A stretch of 16,053 nucleotides of DNA from Hormoscilla sp. (GTDB lineage: Bacteria; Cyanobacteriota; Cyanobacteriia; Cyanobacteriales; Desertifilaceae), in contig JBFRWI010000075.1 of the NCBI GenBank assembly GCA_051439505.1, positions 1-16,053 on the forward strand, read 5' to 3'. The translations under genes were made by a program, and so were the position numbers. Under the pieces are notes generated by a model. That model saw only the letters and a program-made list of their open reading frames with translations. It was not told the origin of the DNA and searched no databases. This document shows positions 15,483 through 16,053 of the stretch, piece by piece. Each line of letters begins with the position of its first letter. The first letter of the stretch is position 1.

Positions 15483-16053
15483 TTAATGTCTGACGCCGTG
15501 ACTTTTGAGTAGGGTAACTATCCGGGAATTTTTCGCCAACTGCAATGGAATTTTGCCATCCTTATTCTTGGCGTTAACATTGGCACCTCGGTCTAGCAGC
15601 AACTTGACTATTTCCACGTTGCTTCTCCATGATAATGATGCCTCATACAGTGGGGTGTTGCCATACTTATCTTTAGCATTAACATCGACACCTCTGTCTA
15701 GCAGCAACTTGACTACTCCCAGGTTGCCCCCCCTTGGTGCGTCATGTAGTGGGGTTTCGCCATCCTTATTCTTGGCATTAACATCGACACCTCGGTCTAG
15801 CAGCAACTTGACTACTCCCAGGTTGCCCTCCCTTGCGGCGTCATGTAGTGGGGTATTGCCATCGGAATCTTTAGCATTAATATCGGCGCCTCGGTCTAGC
15901 AGTAACTTGACTACTCCCAGTTTGCCCCCAGCGGCAGCATGCAGTGGGGTGGTGCCATATTTACTCTTGGCATTAACATCGGCACCTCGGCCTAGCAGCA
16001 ACTTGACTACTCCCAGGTTGCCCCTCCAAATGGCCTCATGCAGTGGGGTGTGG
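15483..16053 (-). CDS. Ankyrin-repeat protein (5'-truncated by window edge)
   Basis: The frame is open to the window end (HTPLHEAIWRGNLGVVK precedes the listed ORF). At least 5 TPLH...GNLGVVKLLLDRGxDVNAK repeats plus a capping repeat, encoded by ~99-bp near-identical DNA units. Confidence 0.95.
   Translation of the reverse strand, partial: HTPLHEAIWRGNLGVVKLLLGRGADVNAKSKYGTTPLHAAAGGKLGVVKLLLDRGADINAKDSDGNTPLHDAAREGNLGVVKLLLDRGVDVNAKNKDGETPLHDAPRGGNLGVVKLLLDRGVDVNAKDKYGNTPLYEASLSWRSNVEIVKLLLDRGANVNAKNKDGKIPLQLAKNSRIVTLLKSHGVRH

Overview
This is a cyanobacterial chromosomal segment, judged from abundant HIP1 GCGATCGC octamers, crtH, ycf19/yggT and a cyanobacterial-type 6S RNA. Left to right it holds: the 3' end of a probable HepT/DUF86 toxin gene, a secreted hypothetical, the yggT-hypothetical-upp cluster, crtH, an RTX/cadherin-like type I-secreted protein, 6S RNA (minus strand), a small membrane/secreted peptide, a membrane Ser/Thr kinase and a cation-chloride cotransporter. 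A ~1 kb non-coding zone follows, with REP-like palindromes, paired direct repeats and a ~24-unit 21-bp array of mainly two unit types. After it come an SDR, a VOC/glyoxalase gene coupled to a degenerate restriction-nuclease-like gene, and a minus-strand three-gene operon. That operon is the most striking object: a DARPin-like ankyrin-repeat protein, a Ser/Thr kinase ending in a 4-TM module, and a kinase-less copy of that module with its own start signal. The copy is ~94-96% identical to the kinase module in two blocks covering most of the membrane and cytoplasmic parts, but is rewritten in both predicted outward-facing loops. All calls come from reading the sequence by eye; no searches were run.
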